Positions 14,558 through 27,587 of a stretch of DNA of 64,000 nt are shown here, one piece after another. The stretch's first letter is position 1; every line of letters begins with the position of its first letter. The translations under genes were made by a program, and so were the position numbers. This DNA comes from Callorhinchus milii (Eukaryota), in assembly GCF_018977255.1 (NCBI RefSeq), contig NW_024704743.1:17114001-17178000 (forward strand), given 5' to 3'. The notes under the pieces are model-generated. The model saw only the letters and a program-made list of their open reading frames with translations. It was not told where the DNA came from and searched no databases.

Positions 14558-15159
14558 CTGGAGAGTTGGATTATAATAGTCAGAAATGAATAAGCAGAAG
14601 AGAGAAAGAGGGAGAGTTCTAGAGGGTGCGGTTCCAGAGGAGAGAAAATAGTAAATAGGCAGAATTGGGAAAAGAAAGTAAAACGGGGCAAGCTGAGATT
14701 TTAAAAAAATGTCTCCTGTCAAAATGTTTTATATTTATTAGTGGGTTAGGCTCATTACAGCAGTAAAGCTCCACTGTATTATTGAAGACTACATTACAGT
14801 GATAACTAAATGTCCAGGAATGATCGGCTCACAGAGACAGGAGTATCTATGTCTGCTAAGAGTTATTTAATACTAAGATCATTACTATGTGCTAACTATT
14901 CGGGTGACCTATTGCTGACCTTACTGCTCATATTTCACACCACTCTGTCTAACATGTTTGACAGCTGCTTTACTGTAATGATTCTCTCCTGTATCTTATA
15001 GTACATCCTCTACACAGACACTGCTTTGCTCGTGACCCATTTGTTTTTAAATAGTTTACATGTATAACACTGGCTATATATATACTATACATACACACAC
15101 ATATATATATCTAATATATATATTTGAGAGAGAGATGTATACACTCTTTTTACAATATA

Positions 15160-16851
15160 CAGCAGAACCTCACTAATCCAGTTACTCAAGTGACTGGGCA
15201 AAAGTGACCTACTTAGTGAGGTGACCTGGTTATTGAAACAGGTCGGGTGATTCAGGTCACTGAGGTAATGGGCAAGGGTGATGAACATTCAACAACCATA
15301 CTTTGCAATCTCATTAAAATAAAGGCACTGTCACACTTAAAACAAAAGCTGTCAAGTATTCAACCATCCTTTGGCAGAACACAAGTTGGTTACATTCTCC
15401 AAAGCCAGTGAAACAGTCTATGAATTCTGTGCTTACTGTTTTTACGTTAGAATATACAGCATAGAAACAGGCCATTCGGCCCAACTGGTCTATGCCGGTT
15501 TTTATGCTCCACATGAGCTTCATCCTGCCCTTCCTCAACTAAACCTTTAAGCATAACCTTCTATTCCTTTCTCCCTCATGTACCCTATTTAGCTTTCCCT
15601 TAAATACATCTATGCAATTTGCCTCAACAACTCCTTGTGGTAGAATGTTCCACATTCCCACTACTCTCTGTGGGAAGAAATTTCTTCTAACTTCCCTATT
15701 TGTGACTATTGTATATTGATGGCCTCTGGTTTTGGTCTCCCCCACAAATGGTAACATCTTCCCTATGTCTATCCTATCAAAACCTTTCATCATTTTAAAG
15801 ACCTCTATCAGGTCACCCCTTACGCTCTTCTTTTCAAGAGAAGAATCAAGCATGTTTAGCCTTTCCTGATAGGTATAACCTCTCAGTTCTGGGATCATCC
15901 TTGTGAATCTCCTTTGCACCCTCTCCAGTGCCTCTACATCCCTTCTATAATGTGGGGACCAGAACTGCACACAGTATTCTAAGTGTGGTCTAACCAAGGT
16001 TCTGTAGAAATTTATCATAACTTCCCTGCTTTTCATTTATATCCCTCTAGAAATGAACCCCAATGCCTGTGTTTTTTTTAATGGCCTTATTAACCTGTGT
16101 TGCTACTTTTAGTGAATTGTGTATGTGTAACCCTAGGTCCGTTTGCTCCTCTACCCCATTTAGGTTTTTATTTTCCAGGATGTATGTGACTTCCTTATTC
16201 CTTCTACCAAAATGTACCACCTCACACTTTTCTACATTGAAATGCATTTGCCATTTAAATGCCCATTCAGCAAGTTTATTAATATCTTGCTGTAATTTGT
16301 GGCAGGCCTCCTCTGTATTAACTACTCCCCCCAAATTGGTGTCGTCTGCAAATTTTGAACCTTTACTGCTGATTCCCGAATCCAAATCATTAATGTTTTG
16401 ATTAAGTCCACTCTCTCACGTAAGGACAACTCCTTCTGTGGTGGCATATTTACAGCACTTACCAAGAATTGGCTGCAGGAGCTCAGGTTAGGCCAGGGGC
16501 GCTGGCCAAAGTCGATTTCCCGCTCGCACTGCTTCCGCAATCCCAATTCTCCGCACGACGCATGCGCAACCAGAGCCCACTCTGCCCACAGAAGCATCGT
16601 TGAGGAAACAGCGCAAGAAGCCCGAGGCCTAGCGCACAGGTTACATCAGAGGGGGTGTTTGTACCGTGTTTGAAGCGGAGGAGGGCGCTGTAGCGGATAC
16701 AATCAATTCACTGTCCTGAATAGTGAGGTGCCCGGTTTACTGAAGCAGACAGCCTATCTTTTAACATTGACAATGAAAGAGACTGTGAAAATATGCCCGC
16801 AATTGTGAGATGGTTGGATTATCGAGGTGACCGCAAACTGGGTTTCTACTG
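15160..16851. mobile_element. Probable non-autonomous Tc1/mariner (pogo/Tigger-like) DNA transposon interrupted by CR1
   Basis: TA|CAGCAGAACC left end and GGTTTCTACTG|TA right end; repeated subterminal (T)AGTGAGGTG(A)CC and ACCTC..TAATCCA motifs. Confidence 0.55.
15447..16396 (-). mobile_element. CR1 LINE 3' fragment
   Basis: SKFADDT...WQMHFNVEKCEVVHFG; YRTLVRPHLEYCVQFWSP...LERVQRRFTRMIP, diagnostic of CR1 ORF2. Confidence 0.95.
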
Positions 16852-16965
16852 TATCTGAGTCCGTATACACATATTCAAGTACTTTATGATACTTAAATTC
16901 TCCTATTTCTACCTTTCCCTAATTTATAATAATTGCAGTTATGAACTCTTTAAATCTTTATTTAT

Positions 16966-17285
16966 GCAACAACAAGTTGCATTTATATAGCGCCTTCCAT
17001 GCAGGGTAGCGTCTCAGAGCGTTTAACAGTGCCTGACTCCAAGCAGGGGGAGGGAGGGAGGGGTCGTCAAAAAGGAAGGTTTCCAGGAGGGACTTGAAAA
17101 AGGAGAGAGACAGGCCGAGGGCTTGAGGTTTCAGAGCTTCAAGGTGTAGTGGCTGAAAGCATGATCTCCAATGCTGGAGTGGAGGGCATGAAGGACAAGC
17201 AGGAGGCCGGTCCAGTTGAGTGGAGGCGCTCGATGGTGGATTGGGAAGTGAGGAGATAGGGGGGTGTCAGGGAGAGAAGGGATTT
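16966..17285 (-). mobile_element. L2 3' end, older and diverged
   Basis: caacaacaagttgcatttatatagcgcc tail plus a purine-rich body like the other minus-strand L2 ends. Confidence 0.6.
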
Positions 17286-17400
17286 GAACACAATTCTACA
17301 TTATTAAAGTATCTTGGTGCCTACACATTGCCCATAGACAACCCTCAGGTATTTATAGCAAACACAGCCAGAATACAGTTTAATGAACTACCTCAGAGAT

Positions 17401-17532
17401 CCTTCCAAAGGGTCATGGACCCAAAATGTTGATCCACTTTTCTTTCTCATAGCTGCTGACTGACCTGCTGAGTGTTCCCAGCAATCTCTGATTTTGTTTC
17501 AGATTTCCAGCACTTGCAGTATTTTGCTTTTT
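17401..17532 (+). mobile_element. Decayed short repeat of the Penelope-associated, hammerhead-bearing type
   Basis: aaGGGTC-atg-GACCCaaaatgtt followed by gctgctgactgacctgctgagt...ttcagatttccagca, resembling a shark repeat I recall. Confidence 0.5.
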
Positions 17533-18696
17533 ATTTAACTGAACTACCTACCTGACATAAAAAGAACTGTATGATTTAGCAGCTTTGATAATTCCTGCAA
17601 GACTATTTCATGTCATTGCTTGTAAAAATGACTGTGATTGCCTTGAATCTGGCTACGTAGGTTAACATATTAAAACTAACGCTCATGCAAAAGAAACCAT
17701 CCAATTGGTAATCACAATGCCAAATATTAATGTTTCTGATACTGTACCTGCAGACTTAAATGTGAAACTTTTTCACATGCTTTCTGGCCACACTCTTTTC
17801 AAATGATGCATTCATAAGAATGTAAGAAATGCTAGACAAAAAATAGACCAAGGTCCATCAAGTTTGCCTTTCACCTTCCTGGGGGTCACATGTACATATA
17901 TCTCAAACTACCTATGTACTATATCCCATAATGTTATTTCCTAAAAGAAAATTATCTAATCTGTGTTTGAAGGAATCAACACTTCCTGCTTCAACCGTCT
18001 TCCTAGGGAGCCTCTCCCAGATTCACGATTCGCTCACTGAAATAGTGTTTCCGTAGATTTGTTCTGAATTTACCCCCCTCCAAGCGCAGGCCATGTTCTC
18101 TGGTTTTACTATCTGGACAAGTTGAAACAGCCTGATTGATCTACATTGTCCAGTCTGTTTAGAATCTTAAAGACAGCAATCATATTGCCTCTCAATCTTC
18201 GCCTCAATCGATCGTCTCATTCTAGTGTGAAATTCTTATTATTCTCAATTCTGTTGTGGCCCCTAGTTTATTTAAGTATTGTTTTATTCTTGCTTCTTAA
18301 GAGATATATTAGTGAGATGGGGCTGTTTGATAGTTTAAAAAAAACATACGCATTGAACCGTCACCCAAAAAGTAATATTTCAGTCCCCTAACTAAAATAA
18401 ACACTCATAGTTGACATTCTTTGAAGTCTCAAGCCCTCTCTAGAATGGCCAGTTCCTGCAGAATATTCACCCAGTGCTAATGAAGCTTTGCAATGCTGAG
18501 GAAAAGGCAATGTTAAACATCTGCAACAGTAATACACTACATGAACTGTGTTTTTATAATTAATTGCCATTGTAATGAAAGCTAATGTCATGTATGAATT
18601 AACCCTCAAGAGCAAATGAACTAAAATTCTTCATTCAACAGACATCAAACAGTTTGTTCTTAAAATTTCTACAACAGAAAACTATTTGTTACTTAC

Positions 18697-18894
18697 TGTC
18701 AATGGGATTTTTCATGGGATATGAACGTGTATAGTTGTCAACACAGTGAATAAGCTGTGGACTGATAGAGGCACAATAGTTTTCTACTGCTCTAATCTGC
18801 GATTGACTTGGAGAAGAATCTGTGCGGAAAATTGCTTGACAATATTCTCTGCAGTTTGTGTGTCGTCCTGCATAGCTACAACATAGGGAGCCCA
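18697..18894 (-). CDS. RECK: RECK coding exon 8 (GSLCCSYAGRHTNCREYC...YPMKNPID), CK3
   Basis: 198 nt; ttgcag acceptor and gtaagt donor; lies within ORF 18689..19024. Confidence 0.98.
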
Positions 18895-20125
18895 CTGCAA
18901 ACAAAAACACATAAATATTATTTTTCATATAATCTACAATTCCAGAACTGTGCTGCAATATCTTTTCAAATCTTAAGTAATTGCAAAAATTAAAGATTGT
19001 TATGAAAAGGATTACCATTCCCATGTAAACTATTGGTCTTCCCTACTCACTTATACATTAAAAAATGGTACTCAATGAAAAGAACAGATGGCCAGAAGCA
19101 TTAAAAGGAAGAGATTTATGTTGAATAGCAAGAATCAAGTTCAGTCAGTTTATATTCATATCATATCCTACTGTATTTATAATAGTACTTTGGTTATTAA
19201 GCTGCACTACAGTTAATTATTCTGTGTTATACATATGTATGTCAGATTTTATATGATTAACATTAACGATGCACAAGTACTGAATTGGCTGGTGACATTA
19301 AGGCAAGGCTACTGCAGCATGTTTAACACATGCATATTAAAGCTATGGTAGCCCATTCTTTACATATACAATATTGTACCACACGTGCAGAAAACTTGTA
19401 CTGTACAATGGATGGCACAACCAAACAGGTTTCAAAACAGAAACGTTTTAATAGAATATAAATTAAATTTGTGTTTGGTTGGGGTATCTGCATTGCCTGA
19501 TGCAACGATGACTGGTGAAAGCCTCGTCTTCTGTACTTATTCACTGTTCTGTACTACGCATGTGGTCCTTCGGCATTGCAGTCGGGAAGTGCACATGCAA
19601 TGACTGATCAGACTTAGGTTCCCAGGACTGTTTCACGTGGGGCACTGTACATACTACTTCAAGGCTGGTAAGCGTACACAGGGTGAAAGGTCCCATTCAC
19701 TCTCCACGTGATCAGATATTCCACACCCCCTCACTCACCACATGATCGGGTGACGCTCTTTCCTCTCTCCACCCACCGCCATGTTATGACAATGATGTTA
19801 GGCCTCGGGAGGGAGGGCGTGGAGCGCTTTGAGGTGTGTATGTGCAGTGTTCCGTTTGAGTGAATTTTGACCCGTCAGCTCAGAGTATATTAGCAGCAAG
19901 TGCAATGGTGGTGTTACGCTTTAAATACGACTTGTGCAGATACATACAAGTGAATTTAATACGAAATTAAACAGGACTCGGGAGAATGTCAACTTTGGCC
20001 ATTATCCGATTTATACAGATAAGACTTCTGCGAGTTCTACTGAACCACTAAAAAACTTTTCATTTACGGTCTTTTTTGGGAAACAGAAAATCCTCCATTC
20101 CCTGGTTAAAGAAACCATAACTTAC

Positions 20126-20159
20126 TCTCATTTCTGTTCACACAGCTGTAAAAGGCAGT
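20126..20159 (-). CDS. RECK: RECK coding exon 7 (TAFYSCVNRNE-M)
   Basis: 34 nt; tttcag acceptor and gtaagt donor; matches NALFSCISRNEM. Confidence 0.92.
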
Positions 20160-22839
20160 CTGAAATACAACCAACGTAAGTGTTAATGTGCATAACAGCA
20201 AGATATAATCAAAAACATAACTAAATATGCCCACTCCCATTTTTTAAACACCTCTCATGGGCGCACAACCAATCTGTCTTGAAGATGGAAGCATGCAGAC
20301 CATGGCATTAACAATAGTGTTGTGACTGGCCATAGATAGAGTACAACTGATAAGAAGGTTTGAGTCCTGTTCCCCAATAATGGCTTGATGCTCCAGCTGA
20401 GAATGATTACTTGTTCCCAAGAGTGACCAAGGCTGCACCAGTAGTCATTTTCCTGGGTTGTTAAAAATATTCAGTAATCTCCCTCTTATTAAAATACTTT
20501 TTTTTAAAACAACCATATTAAAGGTGTATTATGTTCTGCAGTGGTATCAACCAACCTGCCCTCATTCAGCTTTATAAGACATTAGCAGTGAACACCAATC
20601 AGAGACTGCAGATTGCGTGCAATTACAACACAAAAATAATTATCACAACTTAATAAGAGCCAATTAAAGCACAGCTGTTCAAGTACAACTGGGGTAACAA
20701 ATGGAATTGTGTCACAGATTCGAGGAAGCTGAACAGAGTAGGAGCAAATTTAAAATGTTAAATATTAGCAGCACAAACCACAGCGGATGAGTAAACAAAA
20801 TGATAAAAAGACACCACTGCGGTAGGAAAGAATATAGTGGTTAGAGACCTCAGAGAGGGAGGCGAAACCTTGAAGCAGGCACAGCCAAGACCTATAAAAA
20901 TACGAGTTGAAATCGGTGTTAAAAAAAACCACGATAAACCCTTTAAACATAACTACTTTACAAGAAGACATTATTTAAGACTGTTTTCAAGTTAGTCTAA
21001 TCAGAACAAATATTTGAAAGGTAATTTAGAAAAGAATAATTAAATGTCAGTTTCACACAACTACTTAGGCAATGAGATAATACTATTGCAATCCTACTAC
21101 AGCACTAGGCATTCAGAGTACACATATACATTTGACAACCTTCATCTTCTCGGACACTCTCTGTTGCTTTTGAAAACATTTGTTTAAATGAAGACTGCTG
21201 TGAATTACATCAGGAAAGCTGGCTGGGAATGATTATGGAGTCTGATAGTGTGAGAAAGTTGAATTAACACACACAGTGGAAATTACAAGATCAGTTAACT
21301 GGCCTCAGGGTTAATGACTATCCATTGATGTTAACCTAGCTCCCACATGCTCTGGCTCAGAAATTCCTCCAAATTGTTTTTTTTACAACCAGATAAAGTC
21401 ATCAGTGTTCATGGTCTGCACTGAAACAGTACGAAGAAACAGGATGTAAGCATGAATTATTTCTTTATGTTTCATGGGGAGCTAATGAGGAAACTTCTTC
21501 CATCACCACCAAAGAATTTAAGAATGTTGTTTCTTTTCCACCCCTCCCTCTTTTGAAGAGATTATATTCACACACAAAGAGCCCGGATTTTATAGCAAAT
21601 CATGCCCTTTTATTCAGCCTAAAGTCAATAAACATTTTCAAAGCAAGAGAAAAATTATTTTTTTTCCCACTGGTCTGTGCGGGTGTTGAATCTGCCTCTC
21701 ACATGCCTTATCTCAAGCAACCCAACCTTCAAGTATCCCCTTCCTCTCAGGTTATCACCTACCCTTCCCTTCTACCTGCACCTGCCTTTACCTATACCAA
21801 TTTTTTAACTTAAAGGGGCACTTCTAATTTAATCCACGGACAGGGTGGATAGACTGAAAAACAGGTCTACTTTGTCATATAAGCATACACGTTATATTTT
21901 ACAATTGCATTTTAAAAAGTGCCTTCAACTTCAAATGCCCTATTCGTAATTCCTTCAATCCAATAATACTCCACATGTTATTAGTATGATAAAGAAGATA
22001 ACTGTCTGTTTAGGATGCTTCCTGCTGGAACCATATAATGCTCCCCTACCCTTTTAGTGAGCTCACTGAAGTGGAAATCTGGATTTGTTTTGCAACCAAA
22101 GCAAGCACGATTGATGAAAGAGAAATCAGAACTTCTTTAAAAAAAGCTACACAGTAGGCTTCAAATGTGGTTGTAATTGTTTAAAGGATGTAAATCACAG
22201 ATGTAGTAGAATACAAACATCAAATTGAGGAACTATGCCAACCCCAACTAATGACTATGGATAATTCAGCAAATTGAGAATAATTTTATTAAGAGATAAT
22301 ACTCATCTTTAGTGAGGTATTACTATTTCAGCAATAACAATTTGCATTTCTATAGCACCCTTTACACAGGATAGCACCTCGGAGCACTACCTTGTGATTC
22401 CCAGAATGTGGACTTCCTTATTCCTTGAATATAGTTCAATTTCTACACCTAAATGAATACTTAGTTGCATCTCTGAGGCGACAGATTGGACATTCCTTAA
22501 GATTGTCACCACCTGCTTAGAACTGCCTTTCTCCCAACATCAACTGGTTTCATAAGTGCTCTGTTATACTACCCACGTCAAGGGTGCTATATAAATGTAA
22601 GTTGGTCTTTCTTTCCTCTCACATTTGGTCTCGATTGCTTGTTTCACATCTTCCACCTCCTTTTCTCTGTGATCTTCTACCCCATTCTTCTGTTCATTCT
22701 CCCCACTGCTCGTCTAACTCTTGTCTGCTGAATGTCCCCCTCCTCCATCAGTGGCTGAGCCATCAGCGATTACTCCCCTAATCTCTGGAATGCCCTCCCT
22801 CTAGGCTTCGCTCTATATCTTTAAAACCCTCCTAAAAAC

Positions 22840-22923
22840 TTACTTGTTCAAAATCCACACATAGCCATCACCTCCTTCCCTTTACTTGTTCAAAATCCAC
22901 ACATAGCCATCACCTCCTTCCCT
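22840..22923. repeat. Perfect 42-bp tandem duplication
   Basis: ttacttgttcaaaatccacacatagccatcacctccttccct occurs twice in tandem. Confidence 0.95.
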
Positions 22924-23281
22924 TTCTTTCTTGACATCTGACCAAATCTTTGTCAATCACTCTGAAATGTTTCCATGTGAAGGGTGCTATATAAATGCAA
23001 GTTGTTAGTATTTGTCTCAACTAACAAGGGTAGGGTGTGGTGTTTCGTTTTGGTATGCTAGCATAATTCCAAGTGAAAGTCTTGAAATATAGAGACTGAT
23101 TATTAACTGATATGCAGAGAACAATCTTGTAATCTCCTGACTGTTAAAAGGGCATGACAATCATAGATTATCTGCATGACAATCATAGATTCATAGTTTA
23201 ACAGTGTGAATAGATACAAATCAAAAGCACAGAGCCTCATATTTCATTTTGTTGTCACTTTCCACTATTAATCATACAAAC

Positions 23282-23326
23282 CTCATATTCTTTTCTGCAG
23301 CTTTTAAGGTCATTCTTTGAGGAGGC
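23282..23326 (-). CDS. RECK: RECK coding exon 6 (ASSKNDLKSCRKEYE)
   Basis: 45 nt; ttttag acceptor and gtttgt donor; matches ASSKNDISKVCRKEYE with one codon fewer. Confidence 0.93.
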
Positions 23327-24254
23327 CTAAAAGAAAAACATTGTAATAAAAACTTTTCACCTCTTTGGATCTCAGAATTGGCATCAAAAGGCTTCAACAC
23401 ATTTCATTTAATCAAATAAATTTCAAGGTTCAATATGCTGAAGCAGTCAGTCCCCTGCTTAGATTCTATCCAAAATAAATCAATTAACTTCACTGACCAC
23501 AGGTCTATTTTAAAAACAGGCTGATTACTTTCAGATTTATGTACATTTAGACAATACAGCCCAGTGTTTTAAAATGTTTATCCTAACCACAGAACTTAAG
23601 ATTTAACATTTCTTCACCAACAAAACATTAATTTAGAAAAAAAAGAAATTTTAGATTAAGATAAACTTTAGTGACTCCATCTCACATGGACACTTCATTT
23701 ACATTGAAAACATGAGCATTTTTGAGTTCTGGCGAGAGTAGTTTGAAAACAAATTTCCAAGATTTATTGAAAGGGTTAAGTGAAAGACTAGTATAATAAC
23801 CCTCTATGGCTGGAATTCCCTATATGTTGATTCCTTGGCGGTAGATGGAATTTCAAGCATTGTAGTAATTCAAACCAGTCAGTACAGTACAATAAAATGT
23901 ACTTTTACATAGGGCCTCCGCTCAAAGAGGTTGATAATGCTGAGCTCAGGTTCTGAGCCAAGGGCGTGAGGAGGAGAAAGATGACAGAAAGCGCAGTCAA
24001 AAAGGTAAGCTTTCCAATCCACTTCCAAAGATACTACTGCTAGGCCTAGCAACCTAGGTGAAGATTACCTCCATATCTACTCATCAGATGTATTACACAA
24101 AGAAAATGAAATTTTAAAAATACGCCTATCACAAACTGTGATACGTGGAATTTCACCACCAATTTACACCATCAACAACAACAACTTGGATTTATATAGC
24201 GCCCTCCACACCAGATTATTATCCCTGAGTAACAGTCGTGACTTAAATTGCAGC

Positions 24255-24580
24255 TAATAATAATAATAATAATCCTTGCATTTGATATAGCGCTTTTCAC
24301 GTCAGGAGGACGTCCCAAAGCGCTTCACAGAACACACTGTAAAGTAAATTGACTGTATATTTGTGGGCAAACGCGGCAGCCAATTGCGCACAGCAATGTC
24401 CCACAAACAGTCGTAGATTGAAAAATGACCAATTTATTATTGTTTTTGGTTTTTGGAGGGATTATTATTAGGCGTGTGGAGTAAGGAAACTTGCCCAAGG
24501 TTTCGCCCTCTGCCTGGAATTGAACTCAGGTCTCTCGCTTGCAAAGCAAGTGCTCTAACCACTGAGCCACAGGACTCCAC
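24255..24580 (-). mobile_element. Full-length young tRNA-derived SINE (short subfamily)
   Basis: tRNA-like head with A and B boxes, shared body, and (ATT)n tail after AAAGCGCTATATCAAATGCAAGG. Confidence 0.9.
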
Positions 24581-25429
24581 TACAGAACATGACTAAAGCA
24601 CCTAATGTTCTATCTGAAAGAAAATCTGTCAAATCCTGCAGTAGAGAGAAGAGTTTCAAGATATGTTTAATCTCACCAAGAACGTTGATGTGACTAATGT
24701 AAATGAATCACTTTCCACAACCTTCATTTTTCTAGTGGAGGTTTATGTTTCTCTCTGTCCCACCCTGCCCAACAACCACATGAAAAAGCCGATGTGACAT
24801 AAGTATCTCAGAGGCTCAGAGGGTTGGATTCAACTAATGCGAATATCATGTGGTAACCAACACAGGTGCAAAGGCAGACTTCGATTGACTCAGCCTGTCT
24901 TATTCAAGATTTAGAGGTGTACAAATGTCCTCAACCCTGCACAACAAATTTCTGACTGGTAGGATCATCCTAGGTAGGCAAGGCAACTACTACTATGAAA
25001 TTCACCAGCGTTTCATGCTAATAAGCTATGTGTTACCAATACCGTTATGGGTAACCTATATCAAAGATGTAGTAAGCAGATAACAATTACCAGTGTTGTC
25101 AAACAGATTTTTTTCTGCCTCAGATACAATAAAAATAATCCTTACATTTCACATAGCACCTAATCACAACATTGAGACATCTCAAAATGCTTCAGTGGAT
25201 TTTACTGTGAAATGTAGTGACTGTGTATTTGTAAGCAAAACACTAAAAATGAGTGTAACCTGAACATTTACAAAATTTATCACATTGACTTTGATATAAA
25301 GTAGAAAGCAGATTTTGTGGGTATGTCATCCTGACGTGAGAAAGACTAGTTACTAGCCAGTTACTAACAAATAATTTAGTATTTTTGTTATAATTTATTA
25401 TTGTATCTGAGGCAGAACAAAATCTGCAT

Positions 25430-26698
25430 GGAAACTGCTCTGGTCAAGGCAACTAATGGCATTTTGTCCATCTGTAACCAGGGCTCCCTTTGCCTCCTTG
25501 TCCTCTCTGCTGCCTTCAATACAGTGGACCACTCCATTTTCCTCCACCGCCTCTCCTCTCACCATAATCTACAAGGTTCTGTCCTTGAATGGTTCAGGGC
25601 TTATCTCTCAAACTGTCTCCAATTTGTCTCCGCCAAGTTTCCCTTCCAGCTCGCGCACAGTCTCGTGTGGAGTTTCTCCGGCCTCTGTCCCCTCCTCTTC
25701 AATCTCTACATGCTCTCCCTTAGTGACATCATCCGCAGACATGGGGTCAACTTCCACACGTACACCCAACTCTATCTCTCTGCTTCCACTCTCGATTCCA
25801 GGACAACTGACAACCTGACAGACTGTCTGTCTGACATCAAGTCCTGGATGAGAGCCAACTTTCTACAGCTGAATGTCAGCAAGACCAAGGCCCACCTGAT
25901 TGGCTCTCGCCAGCACCTCCGCATCTCAGGCACTGGCAGCATCAGCATCCACCTCACCAAGCCAGTCAGGAACCTGGGCGTCTTGTTCGACCCTCAACTG
26001 TCCTTTCTTCCCATATCTATGCCATGACCAGCTCTGCCTTCCCCCACCTCCGAAACATTGCCCGACTCCGCCACCGCCTCACCCTTCAGGGCGTCGAAAC
26101 CCTCATACACGTATTCGTCCGCTCAAGGCTCGACTACAGAAACTCCTTCCTTGTCAGCCTCCCCAACTCTTCCCTCCAGAAGCTGCAGATCATCCAAAAC
26201 TCTGCAGCTCTTGTACTCTTCCGCACCAGGCTCCGTGACCCCATCATCCCCACCATCACCCGACTCCACTGGCTCCCCATTCCTCAGAGGATAGAAGTCA
26301 ACATCCTGATCCTCACTTTCAAGGCCCTCCACGGCCTTGTCCCCTCCTACATCTCTGACCTGCTGACACTCTATCAACCTGTCCGCTCTCTCTGCTCAGC
26401 AGGCTCTGGCCTGCTGCAGGTCTCCTGCCCGACCATCGGCGGCCAGGCTTTCAGCCTCTCTGCCCTCACTCTTTGGAACTCCATCCCACAATCCCTTCGC
26501 CTTGCTCCCTCTCGCCTCCTTCAAGGCATGACTCAAAATCTTCCTTTTTGACTGTGCCTTCAGCCACTCTCCTACCCCCTCTGCCCTCCCTCATCCCAAC
26601 CCTGCCCCCCAAGTTTGGGTCTTGATCCTTAACTGTTCTACACCTTGGCACATCCTCCCAACATGAAAGGCGCTTTACAAATGTAATTTTGTTGTTGT
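25430..26698 (+). mobile_element. L2 LINE 3' fragment (RT and C-terminal region, frameshifted)
   Basis: ETALVK...SAAFNTVDH...PLLFNLYM...FLQLNVSKT; SRLDYRNS...LHWLPI; (TTG)n tail. Confidence 0.92.
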
Positions 26699-27587
26699 AT
26701 AACCACTATAAATGCATTACTGTGCCAACAAGACCTAAGGAAATACAATCACCTGTCAATCCCAGACTTGGATCAGATGCAGGCAATTTTCTATGAGTTA
26801 CAAATCAGGAAGGGGGAACATGAGCAAAACAGGATGTCAAGATCGTATGCACCATTTGCACTTCAAACTGAAGAAATACAGAAATGACTGTGCAGCTGGT
26901 TAACCAAAGAATTACCTTTGGCCTCTGGATACAATCTAGTCCCAGAACAGAAATACTCAACTAAATCGTCATCTGAAGTAAGATATCCCAATTCAGGTCC
27001 CAGAGGCAATCCTGTAAATAAGCTTGGTTTCTCTTAATTCTCTTTATTATATTTGCTCAAACACAATGAGTTTGGAGATGCATGCTGCTGAAATTCTGAT
27101 ATGTCGAGCCCTAGGAGAAAAAAGCCAATATGCTTTGTACCTTCTTGGCAGCTGATGTATCAAAACTTTACTATGATACAAAGAGCCCTTCATCAACATT
27201 TAACGTATACTGTTGGGCTGTGGAGAAGCCAACACTCACTCTAAAGATTTTGGGGTTTGCCCACAAGTTTAGTGCTGTTGGTCCTCTACTCTTATTACTG
27301 GCATCTTAATTATATACGTAATTTAATTCAAGTCTCCCACTTTGATCCCCAAATGGACTATTGACACCTCACCCAGCATCATATTCATGGACTATATGAA
27401 CAGATTGCCTTCAGAATACATCCAGGTTTACTTGAATAGAAAGATTATCCAGTCAGAGAAAATCTTAATTTCTTGGCTAACAGACTTTTTTCCAAATTTA
27501 ATTAATATTTCTATAACATAGCAGCTAGAACGCCCAATGAATAGGAGGGCCATATATCCACTGCTGACAGTGTAAAAAATGTGACTT

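Noticed and set aside
18689..18696. Read-through of exon 8 to an immediate stop (NPIDSK*) as the equivalent of the human short RECK isoform
   Set aside because: The stop simply follows from the GTAAGTAA donor sequence; no supporting terminal exon is visible
25401..26551. RT-like ORFs (also at 39464, 15539, 46852 and 62342) as functional or domesticated genes
   Set aside because: 5'-truncated, frameshifted L2/CR1 fragments with decayed catalytic motifs
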